Positions 47,893-56,695 of a DNA stretch of 64,000 nucleotides are shown in pieces; the stretch's first letter is position 1; each line of letters begins with the position of its first letter. The DNA lies in IMG/VR virus record IMGVR_UViG_3300037516_000306, positions 49,563 through 113,562 of that record, one strand, 5' to 3'. Source of the stretch: a virus. The notes under the pieces were generated by a model. The model was given only the letters and a program-made list of their open reading frames with translations. It did no database searches and was not told the origin of the DNA. The position numbers and the translations under genes are program-made.

Positions 47893-49179
47893 TTAACAAG
47901 GGTTATTTAATGTGGTTAGTCCTACTTGCCAGTAGTTTGTACCACCACAGTTTAATATTTTATTTGAGCTACCATTGGTAGTAGTTTTATATGTAATAGA
48001 TGCTGGATCTACATAGCCTTTAGCTGTTCCATCCCAAGCTTCTATACCTAGTTCTGATGCCACTCTATCAATTCTATTTGCATATCCATAAAACAGTATA
48101 TCAGGAATAGGAGGACTTTGTGCTCCAGCAAATACTAATCCAATTATTTTTCTTACACCACCAAAATCAGCAATCAATGCAGATCCTGAATCACCACCTG
48201 CTACTGGATAAGCACAAATAGTTGATAAACTAGGATCATTCTCTGGTTTAACATATACTATTTGATCATTAAACTGGCAAACCCCAATTCCTCCTTGTAA
48301 CTTATATTGTAAATATGTTGATGAAAATAAAGAAAATATTCTCATTGGACAACTAACACCACCTTTAGGTCCTGTAGTTCTACCAGAACTATATATCATT
48401 GGGTTATAATAAGGTGATCCTACAGTAAGCATTCCATCAATCTCTGCTGTAGAAGCAAATGGAAGAGGTTGATTGTAACTAACTCCAGCCTGTTGATATG
48501 ATGTTGCTATATTAACATCTGCAGCTTCTAAAGAGAATATTGCACCATCTACATAATTAATTCCAGTGGTTTGTTTAACAATAGGAACATATCTTAATGA
48601 TTGTCCTACTATATAAGCAGGGTCAGTAGGAATAGATAAGAACTCACCATTTTGATATACATAATCTATTGGAGAATATTCATTCTTAATAACACCAGTT
48701 AAATTTCTTTCTGATGTATAGAATGCATCTTGTATTATAACGTGGTTATTAGTAACACCTACTAATGTTTGTGTTTCTGTATGCACTCCTATGAATCCCA
48801 TAGTTCCTACAAAACCAGCTAGATTAGTTGATGTAATTGACAACCCACCTTTTAATGGTCTTGTGAAAGCTCTATTAACAGCTGAATTAGGTCCAGCTAT
48901 TTGTCCACATACAGCATTACATGCTAATAATTCTGCCTTACCTATTCTAAATACATCTGTTTTTAACACTTGATCTCCTACAGTTATCTCACTAGGTAAG
49001 ATTTCTTCAGGAGATAATTCAGATAGGGGTTTTTTCTCTTCAACACCATATATAATACAAAGCTCATTGGTTTGTTCACCACCAATAAACTTGAATCCAT
49101 AAGAAACATTGTTAATACCAGGAGTTGTTTCAGCTAATTCCTGTACTTTTAATTTTATATTTTCAATATTATTTTCCAT
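47893..49179 (-). CDS. Trypsin-like serine protease, paralog 2
   Basis: TNNHV, VDGAIF, GRTTG, GDSGS. Confidence 0.8.
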   Translation of the reverse strand: MENNIENIKLKVQELAETTPGINNVSYGFKFIGGEQTNELCIIYGVEEKKPLSELSPEEILPSEITVGDQVLKTDVFRIGKAELLACNAVCGQIAGPNSAVNRAFTRPLKGGLSITSTNLAGFVGTMGFIGVHTETQTLVGVTNNHVIIQDAFYTSERNLTGVIKNEYSPIDYVYQNGEFLSIPTDPAYIVGQSLRYVPIVKQTTGINYVDGAIFSLEAADVNIATSYQQAGVSYNQPLPFASTAEIDGMLTVGSPYYNPMIYSSGRTTGPKGGVSCPMRIFSLFSSTYLQYKLQGGIGVCQFNDQIVYVKPENDPSLSTICAYPVAGGDSGSALIADFGGVRKIIGLVFAGAQSPPIPDILFYGYANRIDRVASELGIEAWDGTAKGYVDPASITYKTTTNGSSNKILNCGGTNYWQVGLTTLNNPC

Positions 49180-49192
49180 TGAAGTTATTTTT

Positions 49193-50461
49193 TTAACAAG
49201 GATTATTTAGTGTTCCAGTAAATCCTACTTGCCAGTATTCTTTTGTATCGCACGTTAGTGTTTTGTTTGAACTTCCTCCAGGCACTGTTTTATATTCAAT
49301 AGATGGAAGATCTACAACAGTTTTTGGTAATGTATTGTCCCATCGTTCAATTCCTAATTGAGTTGCTATTTCATCTATTCTACAAGCCCATCCATATATT
49401 GTATTTCCATTAGCATCTTCACCACCAGCAAAATTTAATCCTATCACTTTGATAGTACCATCTATATCTGCTAATAATAAAGATCCTGAATCTCCAGGTC
49501 TAATTGGATTAAAACATTGAGGAACTTGAGCAGTTGGTGTAGCTGGATCAGGTTTAACAAATACGATGCAATTAGTAAATACACATTGTGTAGGTACACC
49601 TTGTAATTTAAAATTAACTAATGTGTTTCCACCAACTTGATAAATAGTTAATGGACACAAAGGACCACCTTTAGGACCTGTTGTTCTTCCTGAACTATAT
49701 AGTTGTGGATTAGTAGAATATAAATTATTGATTTCTGCTGTTGTAGCAAAAGGAGGATTTTGTGTTAGTGATAAACCAACTTGATCCCAAGAAGAATCTA
49801 AATCAATTACATCTGCACTTAATGAAAATATTGCAGCATCCACTTGATTTGTTCCTGTACCAAATTTTACAATTGGTACATATCCTAAACTTTGTCCAAT
49901 TACATCAGCTGAATTAGGCACGTTTGGTTCAGTGTTTTGATAAACAACATTAGCAGGAGTGTATTCATTCTTTAATATACCACTTTGATTTCTCTGTGAT
50001 GTATAAAATGCATCCTGTATAGTTACGTGGTTGTTTGTAAGACCTACAATAGCTCCACTTTGAGTGTGTTTAACTAAACAACCTATTGTTCCTCTTTCTG
50101 GATATTTATTAGATGTTGTTATAGATAGAGCTCCTTTGATTGGTCTTGTATAAGTTCTATTAGGAATAGAATTTACACCATTATCTTCACCACATCCAAC
50201 ATTACAAACAAGTGAGTTCACTGCAAAGATTTCAACTATATCAGTTTTAATTACATCTTCACCTATTTGAATTTCTGAAGGAATTATTTCTTCTGGAGAC
50301 AAATCAACAATAGCTTTTTTCTCTTTTAATTGATAAATTATAGCTGAGTCTCCTGTAACTTCACCATTTGAAATCTTAGGCCCATAACCAATAGATATAG
50401 CATCAGGATATAAATCCCTTAACTCATCTATCTTATTTAATATTTCATTTGTTAATTGCAT
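49193..50461 (-). CDS. Trypsin-like serine protease, paralog 1
   Basis: TNNHV, VDAAIF, GRTTG, GDSGS; colinear with paralog 2. Confidence 0.8.
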   Translation of the reverse strand: MQLTNEILNKIDELRDLYPDAISIGYGPKISNGEVTGDSAIIYQLKEKKAIVDLSPEEIIPSEIQIGEDVIKTDIVEIFAVNSLVCNVGCGEDNGVNSIPNRTYTRPIKGALSITTSNKYPERGTIGCLVKHTQSGAIVGLTNNHVTIQDAFYTSQRNQSGILKNEYTPANVVYQNTEPNVPNSADVIGQSLGYVPIVKFGTGTNQVDAAIFSLSADVIDLDSSWDQVGLSLTQNPPFATTAEINNLYSTNPQLYSSGRTTGPKGGPLCPLTIYQVGGNTLVNFKLQGVPTQCVFTNCIVFVKPDPATPTAQVPQCFNPIRPGDSGSLLLADIDGTIKVIGLNFAGGEDANGNTIYGWACRIDEIATQLGIERWDNTLPKTVVDLPSIEYKTVPGGSSNKTLTCDTKEYWQVGFTGTLNNPC

Positions 50462-50472
50462 ATTATTTTATA

Positions 50473-52149
50473 TTATGGTGTTACTCCTTGAAAATACGTA
50501 AATATTGTATTAACGCCTGGTACTATCGTTGTGGTGCTAGTAGTTGGAGGGAAAAGTGTAGTAGTTGATGTAGTTACTGCAGGATCATCAAAACATCCTA
50601 ACCATATTGGTCCACCGTTTCCACAATTTGTACCTGATAATGTCACTTGAGTATAGTCAGATGGAGCAGTTATAACAAACTCTCCACTTCCTCCACCATA
50701 GAATTGACCATCAACTGTAAATAATTCATTTCCAATAATGTTTACAAAACAACTTGTATTTGCTGTAATAGTTGGTGTACCACCATTTGTTGTAAATCTA
50801 AAATCATCATTTCCATCTAACACACCAAATCTAAATGCAACGTTATTAACTGGAACTGGGAACGTTAATGTATAATCAAATGCTGGAGTGTCTAATGTAC
50901 AACTTCCTGTATTTCCACCAGCAACCATAGTAGGTGTACTTCCTATAGAAACTCCACTACAAGAATAAGTTTCATTAGCATATCCTGCAGGTCTAGTACC
51001 TTGAAAAATAACACTACTAGCTTGAACAGTCATTCCTGAATAAGTAAAATTAACTGGACCAATATATGGACCATTAAGAGTTGTTCTTAATTCTGGTAAT
51101 GATGTAGGTGTACAATTAGGAGCAAACCCTTCGAAGTCTATATTTGCACAACCTCTTGATGACCAGAAAGTTTGTGTATCAGAATATCCTAAATTACTTT
51201 GTAATAAACTAATACCATATGTTGAACTTTGAGCAACTTCATATATATCAGAAGTTTCTGGATTAACTAAATATGCAATTCCGTTCCATCCAAATAAATC
51301 AAATGCTTTTCTTCCAGTATAACCAGGGGTGAAATCAATTGTATTTTGTATACGAATTGCACCTATCATCGGTTGCCAATAAACAGCATTAATAGGATTA
51401 GGTAATCCTGCATATTGTCTAATGAAATTACCAACATTAACATTATTAGTTACGAAATTCTGTCTAGCACTAAGTATAACATTTCCTGAATTTGTATAAA
51501 TAATACCTGTAATTTGTGAATCTGCACCAAAATCATTACCAAGAGTTAAACTTCTACTAGCTATTGCATTATCACGTATAATTTCAACAGAAGGACTACT
51601 TATATCCCAATAACCAACTCTTATTAGAGAAGCAGTAATGAAATTATCTCCTAATAATATAGTGGTATCATCTATAGCAGCAATTACACTTGGAGTACTT
51701 TCACTAGCACCAAAGCTATTAACACGAATATTTCTAACAAAGGTAAGACCTAATGTATCTTGCATTATATCCCACTCCTTAATTGTATTTGCTCCATCAC
51801 CAATCCACAATTTATTATTTGTGGAAGCTTGCATTGTAATTCCTGTAGGTGTAGCAAAGTCATTTGGTACTGATATACTAACTGTTGTATTTGATACAAC
51901 ATCATAAACATCTATTGAACCAACTGTATCTATATCTCTAGACCAGACACAAGGTGATGCGCTTGGGAAAGCCAATGTAGTTGTAGTAGTAGTAGTAGAT
52001 GAAGTAGATGTGGTACTACTAGATGTTGTACTAGTGGTAGATCCACAACCTCCACTTCTAATACAGATTAGTTCTTCTAATTGCTTAGAGATCTGCCAAA
52101 GAAGATTGGTTCTTGTACTTCCACCTATTTGTCTACTTGGTATAGCCAT
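50473..52149 (-). CDS. Tag-B + Ser/Thr linker + large beta-rich domain(s)
   Basis: MAIPSRQIGGSTRTNLLWQISKQLEEL, then STTSTTSSSTTSTSSTTTTTTT; second Thr-rich tract near C-terminus. Confidence 0.75.
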   Translation of the reverse strand: MAIPSRQIGGSTRTNLLWQISKQLEELICIRSGGCGSTTSTTSSSTTSTSSTTTTTTTLAFPSASPCVWSRDIDTVGSIDVYDVVSNTTVSISVPNDFATPTGITMQASTNNKLWIGDGANTIKEWDIMQDTLGLTFVRNIRVNSFGASESTPSVIAAIDDTTILLGDNFITASLIRVGYWDISSPSVEIIRDNAIASRSLTLGNDFGADSQITGIIYTNSGNVILSARQNFVTNNVNVGNFIRQYAGLPNPINAVYWQPMIGAIRIQNTIDFTPGYTGRKAFDLFGWNGIAYLVNPETSDIYEVAQSSTYGISLLQSNLGYSDTQTFWSSRGCANIDFEGFAPNCTPTSLPELRTTLNGPYIGPVNFTYSGMTVQASSVIFQGTRPAGYANETYSCSGVSIGSTPTMVAGGNTGSCTLDTPAFDYTLTFPVPVNNVAFRFGVLDGNDDFRFTTNGGTPTITANTSCFVNIIGNELFTVDGQFYGGGSGEFVITAPSDYTQVTLSGTNCGNGGPIWLGCFDDPAVTTSTTTLFPPTTSTTTIVPGVNTIFTYFQGVTP

Positions 52150-52159
52150 TATTAATATT

Positions 52160-52954
52160 TTAAATGTCTTTTATAAATCGAATTGATAGTCCATACCCAT
52201 TGTATCCATTAACTTTAAGTAAATCGGAACGATTGGTATTTAATGAGTAAATATAAGAATCTCCTTGACCAAATGGAGTAGGATCTAAAGGATTATCTGG
52301 TGTATTAGTAGTTGCACTCCAGTATTGTCCTATTACATTAATCAACTCAAAATTTATCCATCCAGGTGCTGGAATAGTTTGCCAATAATAATCTTTTCTA
52401 CCACCAGGAATACCTGAAAAACCACTAGTATTTGTACCATTTATAAAAGGAACAAAAGGTACAGTATTAGTTGACCAATAACCTGTATTATCTGTTAAAT
52501 TTCCTGTCATTCTCATAGGAAGTCCAGCTATAGCCATACCACCTAAACATTCAGCTAATGCTTCCCAATCATCATTAGTTGGAACACGATATCCTTCAGG
52601 TGCAAGACCTCTTGGATCAGTTACAGCATAGTGATTATATAGTTTACCATATATAGGACCATTAGCAGGATCGTTATTATAATAGCACCAAGCACCTGTT
52701 CTTAAATAAGCCCAAGCTGCAGGATCTGTTACTTGTGGAATAGGATCTCCATTTCTATATGTTGTACCATCAAAGTTTTCAAATGTCCAGTTCTCCATAC
52801 AAAACGTTGAAGGTTGAGGACATAAATTATCACAGCATAAGTCATAAGGTATTTGTTCCCAAACTCCTACTTTAGGAGATTGTTTTTGAAGAACAAGGCT
52901 TCCTGCTACTGCTTTATTATTTGCATAGCGGACATATGCTTTTAAATTTCCCAT
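52160..52954 (-). CDS. Tag-A + Fibrobacter succinogenes major paralogous (FISUMP-like) domain
   Basis: LKAYVRY..GSLVL..PKVGVWEQI..LCC, then W..EN..YRNGDPIP, YGKLYN, LAPEGYRVPT, GLSIRFIKD. Confidence 0.78.
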   Translation of the reverse strand: MGNLKAYVRYANNKAVAGSLVLQKQSPKVGVWEQIPYDLCCDNLCPQPSTFCMENWTFENFDGTTYRNGDPIPQVTDPAAWAYLRTGAWCYYNNDPANGPIYGKLYNHYAVTDPRGLAPEGYRVPTNDDWEALAECLGGMAIAGLPMRMTGNLTDNTGYWSTNTVPFVPFINGTNTSGFSGIPGGRKDYYWQTIPAPGWINFELINVIGQYWSATTNTPDNPLDPTPFGQGDSYIYSLNTNRSDLLKVNGYNGYGLSIRFIKDI

Positions 52955-53970
52955 TAATAGTCTAATTTATATTTGTCTTTTATTTCTTTTAGCTTAGTAG
53001 CATAAAAAGATGTGCAATATTTCTTTGATTCTTCATGATCAATGATCATTTCTAAGTTAGGATCTTTTGTAGGATCAGTTCCCATGTGATACTTCCCTTT
53101 ATAGAAAGCTGGGTAACCATTTCCTGTTTCAGAAACTATTCCTGCATTATGAAAGATTGTATGTGTATCAAGTTTTGTGATAGGATCTGTAGCCCATGCA
53201 AAAGCCATTTCAGGAACCACCTTTGTTTCTTGGTCTCTCAACCAAATGTTCCAAAGAACAGCCCACATATCAGCACACCAGCTTTGGTATCCAGCATTTT
53301 CATCTTTAAAGTATTCTCTATTCACTGTTTGTAAATAGCTTCTTATAAGAATGCAATCATTCATCACCTTACTCCAGAAGTCACCATCTACATTCTTTAA
53401 TAGATATTGTGCTCCTCCTGAATGATCATTATTAGCTTCGCAAACTTCTCTGCTTATTCCTACAACACTTGCAATTTCTGCAAGGATGTCTCTGTTTTTA
53501 TATTCTTCCAGTTTCTCTGGTAAGACTTGATTAATTTTACTATCAAAATACTTAGCGTTTATATAACTATTTGTATCTGATAGATAGTTAACATCATCTT
53601 CCAAAAATTGATCCACATTGAAATCTTTCATAAAAAGAATATCTGAATCACAATAGAAGATTGCTTTCTCACTTAGCTCTGGGTGTTTCTTGAAGTGTTT
53701 CCAAAGAACATAAGGTCTAAGTACAGGAATATAAATTCCTAACAATCGATTTAAATCATCCTCATCCTCGTAGTAATGAAACTCACCTTCTGGATATAGG
53801 TCTTCTATCTGTTTCCATTTATTTCTATTCTCTCTTCCTTTAGGAGTGAATATCAAATTGATTGCTTTATCAGAATGTCCTATTTCTTTTAGGCTTTCCA
53901 TCCAAAGGTTCACTTGCCATGTGTAATAAACGTCGCTAGGGCAAGCTTGTACAAATTTTAAATCTTTCAT
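52954..53970 (-). CDS. GT-A glycosyltransferase, candidate peptide O-glycosyltransferase
   Basis: YYTWQ, RPYVL, FYCDSDIL (DxD), GGAQY, WCADMWA, IFHNAG; start ATG 53970. Confidence 0.65.
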   Translation of the reverse strand: MKDLKFVQACPSDVYYTWQVNLWMESLKEIGHSDKAINLIFTPKGRENRNKWKQIEDLYPEGEFHYYEDEDDLNRLLGIYIPVLRPYVLWKHFKKHPELSEKAIFYCDSDILFMKDFNVDQFLEDDVNYLSDTNSYINAKYFDSKINQVLPEKLEEYKNRDILAEIASVVGISREVCEANNDHSGGAQYLLKNVDGDFWSKVMNDCILIRSYLQTVNREYFKDENAGYQSWCADMWAVLWNIWLRDQETKVVPEMAFAWATDPITKLDTHTIFHNAGIVSETGNGYPAFYKGKYHMGTDPTKDPNLEMIIDHEESKKYCTSFYATKLKEIKDKYKLDY

Positions 53971-54001
53971 AATGTAGTTGGTTTTAATTTTGATTTTATT
54001 A

Positions 54002-54331
54002 TTATAGACAAGGTCCATCTAGTATCAATGTTCCTAATGAAACAATAGGAACAGTTGAAGAACAAAAAACGCTAGGTTGGAATTCAGCTGGTAGAGTTTG
54101 TATTGTAGGTATATACACTTCACATTCAGTATATTCTAAAGTTACTATAGTAGATGGGTCAATAAGACTAATATCATAAATCCATCGATCACAAGTAGCT
54201 ATAGTGGTAGTAGTTGTTGTTGTACCACATCCACCAGCAGTTACACAAGTTAAATGTTGTAACTGTTTAGATATTTGCCAAAGCAAGTTAGCTCTTCCAC
54301 TCCATCCAATCTGTCTACTAGGTATTGCCAT
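54002..54331 (-). CDS. Tag-B + poly-Thr + small Cys-containing domain
   Basis: MAIPSRQIGWSGRANLLWQISKQLQHLTCVTAGGCGTTTTTTT. Confidence 0.75.
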   Translation of the reverse strand: MAIPSRQIGWSGRANLLWQISKQLQHLTCVTAGGCGTTTTTTTIATCDRWIYDISLIDPSTIVTLEYTECEVYIPTIQTLPAEFQPSVFCSSTVPIVSLGTLILDGPCL

Positions 54332-54343
54332 TTCTTTAAATAA

Positions 54344-54484
54344 TTATGGAGTTGTAGTAGTTGTAGTGGTAGTAGAATTTAAACTCTTAGCAGTTACATT
54401 AATAAGTAACTCTAATTGTTTAGAGATTTGCCACAACAGATTTTCTTCTGTTCCCCAGCCTATCTGTCTTGATGGTATAGCCAT
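54344..54484 (-). CDS. Tag-B + poly-Thr micro-protein (46 aa), not in ORF track
   Basis: MAIPSRQIGWGTEENLLWQISKQLELLINVTAKSLNSTTTTTTTTP. Confidence 0.75.
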   Translation of the reverse strand: MAIPSRQIGWGTEENLLWQISKQLELLINVTAKSLNSTTTTTTTTP

Positions 54485-54507
54485 GACTTTAAATTTTATT
54501 TATTATA

Positions 54508-54515
54508 CAAAAATA
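54508..54515 (-). promoter_or_regulatory. TAnnTTTG promoter box at head of the tag/poly-Thr operon
   Basis: Minus-strand TATTTTTG about 24 nt upstream of ATG 54484. Confidence 0.45.
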
Positions 54516-54590
54516 AGTATTTTTTTACTATAAGTAAGTATTTTTCACCAAATTAAAATAACAAAAATAGTTAGAACGAGTCTAACTAAA

Positions 54591-54740
54591 TTAATTATTT
54601 ATGTCTAATGTTATTGTAAGTATTCCTAAATACAATATATATGTGTTGTAATTATATACTTCATCAGCATGTAGAATATCCCATCCTACAGCAAATCTAT
54701 CGTGAGGCCAATAGAGAGCGAATGTTAATTCCCAATCCAT
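54591..54740 (-). CDS. 49-aa hypothetical protein
   Basis: MDWELTFALYWPHDRFAVGWDIL...; TAATG-coupled to upstream gene. Confidence 0.5.
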   Translation of the reverse strand: MDWELTFALYWPHDRFAVGWDILHADEVYNYNTYILYLGILTITLDINN

Positions 54741-54874
54741 TACCCCTGTCCTTTATAAAGCTTCTTGTAATTCTTAGAAGTTTTAAGTTTAGATGTTCTA
54801 GTTTTAGCGTGCACACCTGGTCTGCTCACTTTAATTTTAATGCGTTTTTCTGAAGTGTTGGTTTGTTTTGCCAT
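54740..54874 (-). CDS. 44-aa basic peptide ending YKGQG
   Basis: MAKQTNTSEKRIKIKVSRPGVHAKTRTSKLKTSKNYKKLYKGQG. Confidence 0.6.
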   Translation of the reverse strand: MAKQTNTSEKRIKIKVSRPGVHAKTRTSKLKTSKNYKKLYKGQG

Positions 54875-54875
54875 G

Positions 54876-55352
54876 TTAAAATAAGTTATATTCTAGAATG
54901 ATTCCATACCCTGGTAGGTTACTAGGTTGTACAAAGTATTGTGCTCCTATACTAAATCTTGTGAATTCAAACATTAAGTTTGTATATAACATAGGTTCTC
55001 TTAATGTGAACTGTGTTGATTGAACACCAACATATCCATGTATCTCAAAAGGTTTCTTACTCTTGATAATCTCCTTTTGTATATCAATCATGCCCTTCTG
55101 ATGGAATATGATAGAATCTTTTATATCTAGTTTGTTTTTGAATTCAATCTCTTTCTTCTGAAAGTTTTTGATTCTTATCTCTTGCTCTTTGAGAATATTC
55201 TTAGCAAAATCATAACGTACAAGATCAGAAACAACCTTCCTAGAAACAGTTTCACTAAGGGTAACGACAGAATCATTTTTCTGAGTAACGATCTGTGAAG
55301 TACTTTTGAAGCCCACTAACAGGCAAGCTATCAATAATCCTAATTTGTACAT
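54876..55352 (-). CDS. Secreted coiled-coil protein, possible outer spanin-like lysis component
   Basis: Signal peptide MYKLGLLIACLLVGFKSTS-Q; overlaps upstream TM protein; beta-rich C-terminus ending in Phe. Confidence 0.45.
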   Translation of the reverse strand: MYKLGLLIACLLVGFKSTSQIVTQKNDSVVTLSETVSRKVVSDLVRYDFAKNILKEQEIRIKNFQKKEIEFKNKLDIKDSIIFHQKGMIDIQKEIIKSKKPFEIHGYVGVQSTQFTLREPMLYTNLMFEFTRFSIGAQYFVQPSNLPGYGIILEYNLF

Positions 55353-55605
55353 ATTCTTTTTGTTTAATGGTTTTAATTCTATTGACAATAACTGTGTCCA
55401 CTTTAGATAAGCTATCAATCACCTTAGCAGATTCAACGTCTTTCTTCTCAAGCTCAATCACTTTAACTTCTAAATATTTAGTTTGTTCAAGCAATGCATT
55501 ATTCTTTTCTTGAGATGCAGTGTAAGTGAATAACCACAACGCAGCAACAATTATTGCTAACCATTGTTTTTCAAGACTATCAAGTAACCTATTTAATAGT
55601 ATCAT
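55273..55605 (-). CDS. TM + coiled-coil protein, possible inner spanin
   Basis: N-terminal TM helix, coiled coil, directly after endolysin candidate. Confidence 0.45.
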   Translation of the reverse strand: MILLNRLLDSLEKQWLAIIVAALWLFTYTASQEKNNALLEQTKYLEVKVIELEKKDVESAKVIDSLSKVDTVIVNRIKTIKQKEYVQIRIIDSLPVSGLQKYFTDRYSEK

Positions 55606-55997
55606 TTGGTTATATTGATAAATATTTTCTCTTTCTTTTCTACCTTCTTCATTCTTGCAAACAAGCTAGCATATGTAACTCTTGAGCCACCAATAAAGTT
55701 TAATGACTTAGAACTTCCTACAAGTATACAGCCTTCTGTGTCACCAGATTTATTTCCTGGGTGAATTCTTACTCCTTCATAGTTAGGTACCTTAAGAAGT
55801 AGAGGCATGTATTTTTGGAAGCGATTTGAGAAGTTTATAATCACTTCATACTTTCCATAAGGAATAGCTGTAATAGCTTTTATTTTTACATCTCTTACTT
55901 TATCCTCTAATGTAAAACATACAAATTCTCCATCAATAGAAAGTTCTCCTATTGTAGAGTCATCTGTAAATATCTTTCTTTTTAATTCTAAGATCAT
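55602..55997 (-). CDS. DUF5675-family protein, candidate endolysin
   Basis: STIGEL..FTLED, AIPYGKY, VRIHPGN..DTEGCILVG. Confidence 0.7.
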   Translation of the reverse strand: MILELKRKIFTDDSTIGELSIDGEFVCFTLEDKVRDVKIKAITAIPYGKYEVIINFSNRFQKYMPLLLKVPNYEGVRIHPGNKSGDTEGCILVGSSKSLNFIGGSRVTYASLFARMKKVEKKEKIFINITK

Positions 55998-56197
55998 AAT
56001 ATACCTCCTTTAGCTTTCATTAATTTTTCTACAATAGTTGTTATTCCTTCTATAGTTATATATGCTGTTGCAATAATAACCCAATCAGATGATGTTAAAT
56101 TTCCAGAGAAAAGACCAACAGAACCTACAACAAATACAGTAAGCTTTCTGCTCACCCATTTGTTTAAATAAAAATCTATCTTCTCTTTTGTACTCAT
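55994..56197 (-). CDS. Putative holin
   Basis: 67 aa, two TM helices, SRKL motif, next to endolysin candidate. Confidence 0.55.
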   Translation of the reverse strand: MSTKEKIDFYLNKWVSRKLTVFVVGSVGLFSGNLTSSDWVIIATAYITIEGITTIVEKLMKAKGGIL

Positions 56198-56514
56198 TAC
56201 TTAATATTTCTATATAGTGTAGATGCGTATTGTAATAAGACACCAAGTCCTATGATTATACCTACAGTCCAGGTAAATCTTTTCTTAAACTCTTCTTGTT
56301 TCTGAAGCTTACTTTCTAAATCTTTGATTCGTTCTTTAAGCTCAGCAATGTCTGCAACAAATCCACCAGTTTTTGTTAGTGCATTTCCTAATATTGCATC
56401 TACCACTTGCGTTAATTTGCTATCTATAGAAGTCATCTTCTCCTCTAGATCGTAAAGTCTTTGATCCATACTTTTTAATTCTCTTTCCACTTGTGATTCA
56501 AATGCGTTTTCCAT
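56197..56514 (-). CDS. Coiled-coil protein with C-terminal TM (holin/antiholin-like)
   Basis: Heptad repeats plus terminal TM helix. Confidence 0.45.
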   Translation of the reverse strand: MENAFESQVERELKSMDQRLYDLEEKMTSIDSKLTQVVDAILGNALTKTGGFVADIAELKERIKDLESKLQKQEEFKKRFTWTVGIIIGLGVLLQYASTLYRNIK

Positions 56515-56695
56515 AATAATTTTAAGGATATTTTTATAACATACAGGAAGTTTTAAAAATTCAATAGGGTATAACTATTTACGTACAAATATAAAATTTA
56601 TATTTGGAATAATGAAAGACTGAAAATATATTTCCAACATAATATAGCATAATATAAATATATTTTTTATACCTTTGATTTCAAAATCAAATACC

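Noticed and set aside
52160-52954. Diversity-generating retroelement target (FISUMP-like C-terminus)
   Set aside because: No reverse transcriptase or adenine-variant template repeat found in this window; cannot be excluded elsewhere in the genome
47445-54375. (GTT/GTA)n tracts as CRISPR array or phase-variation microsatellites
   Set aside because: They are mixed-codon poly-Thr coding runs with no repeat-spacer structure, and triplet slippage keeps frame
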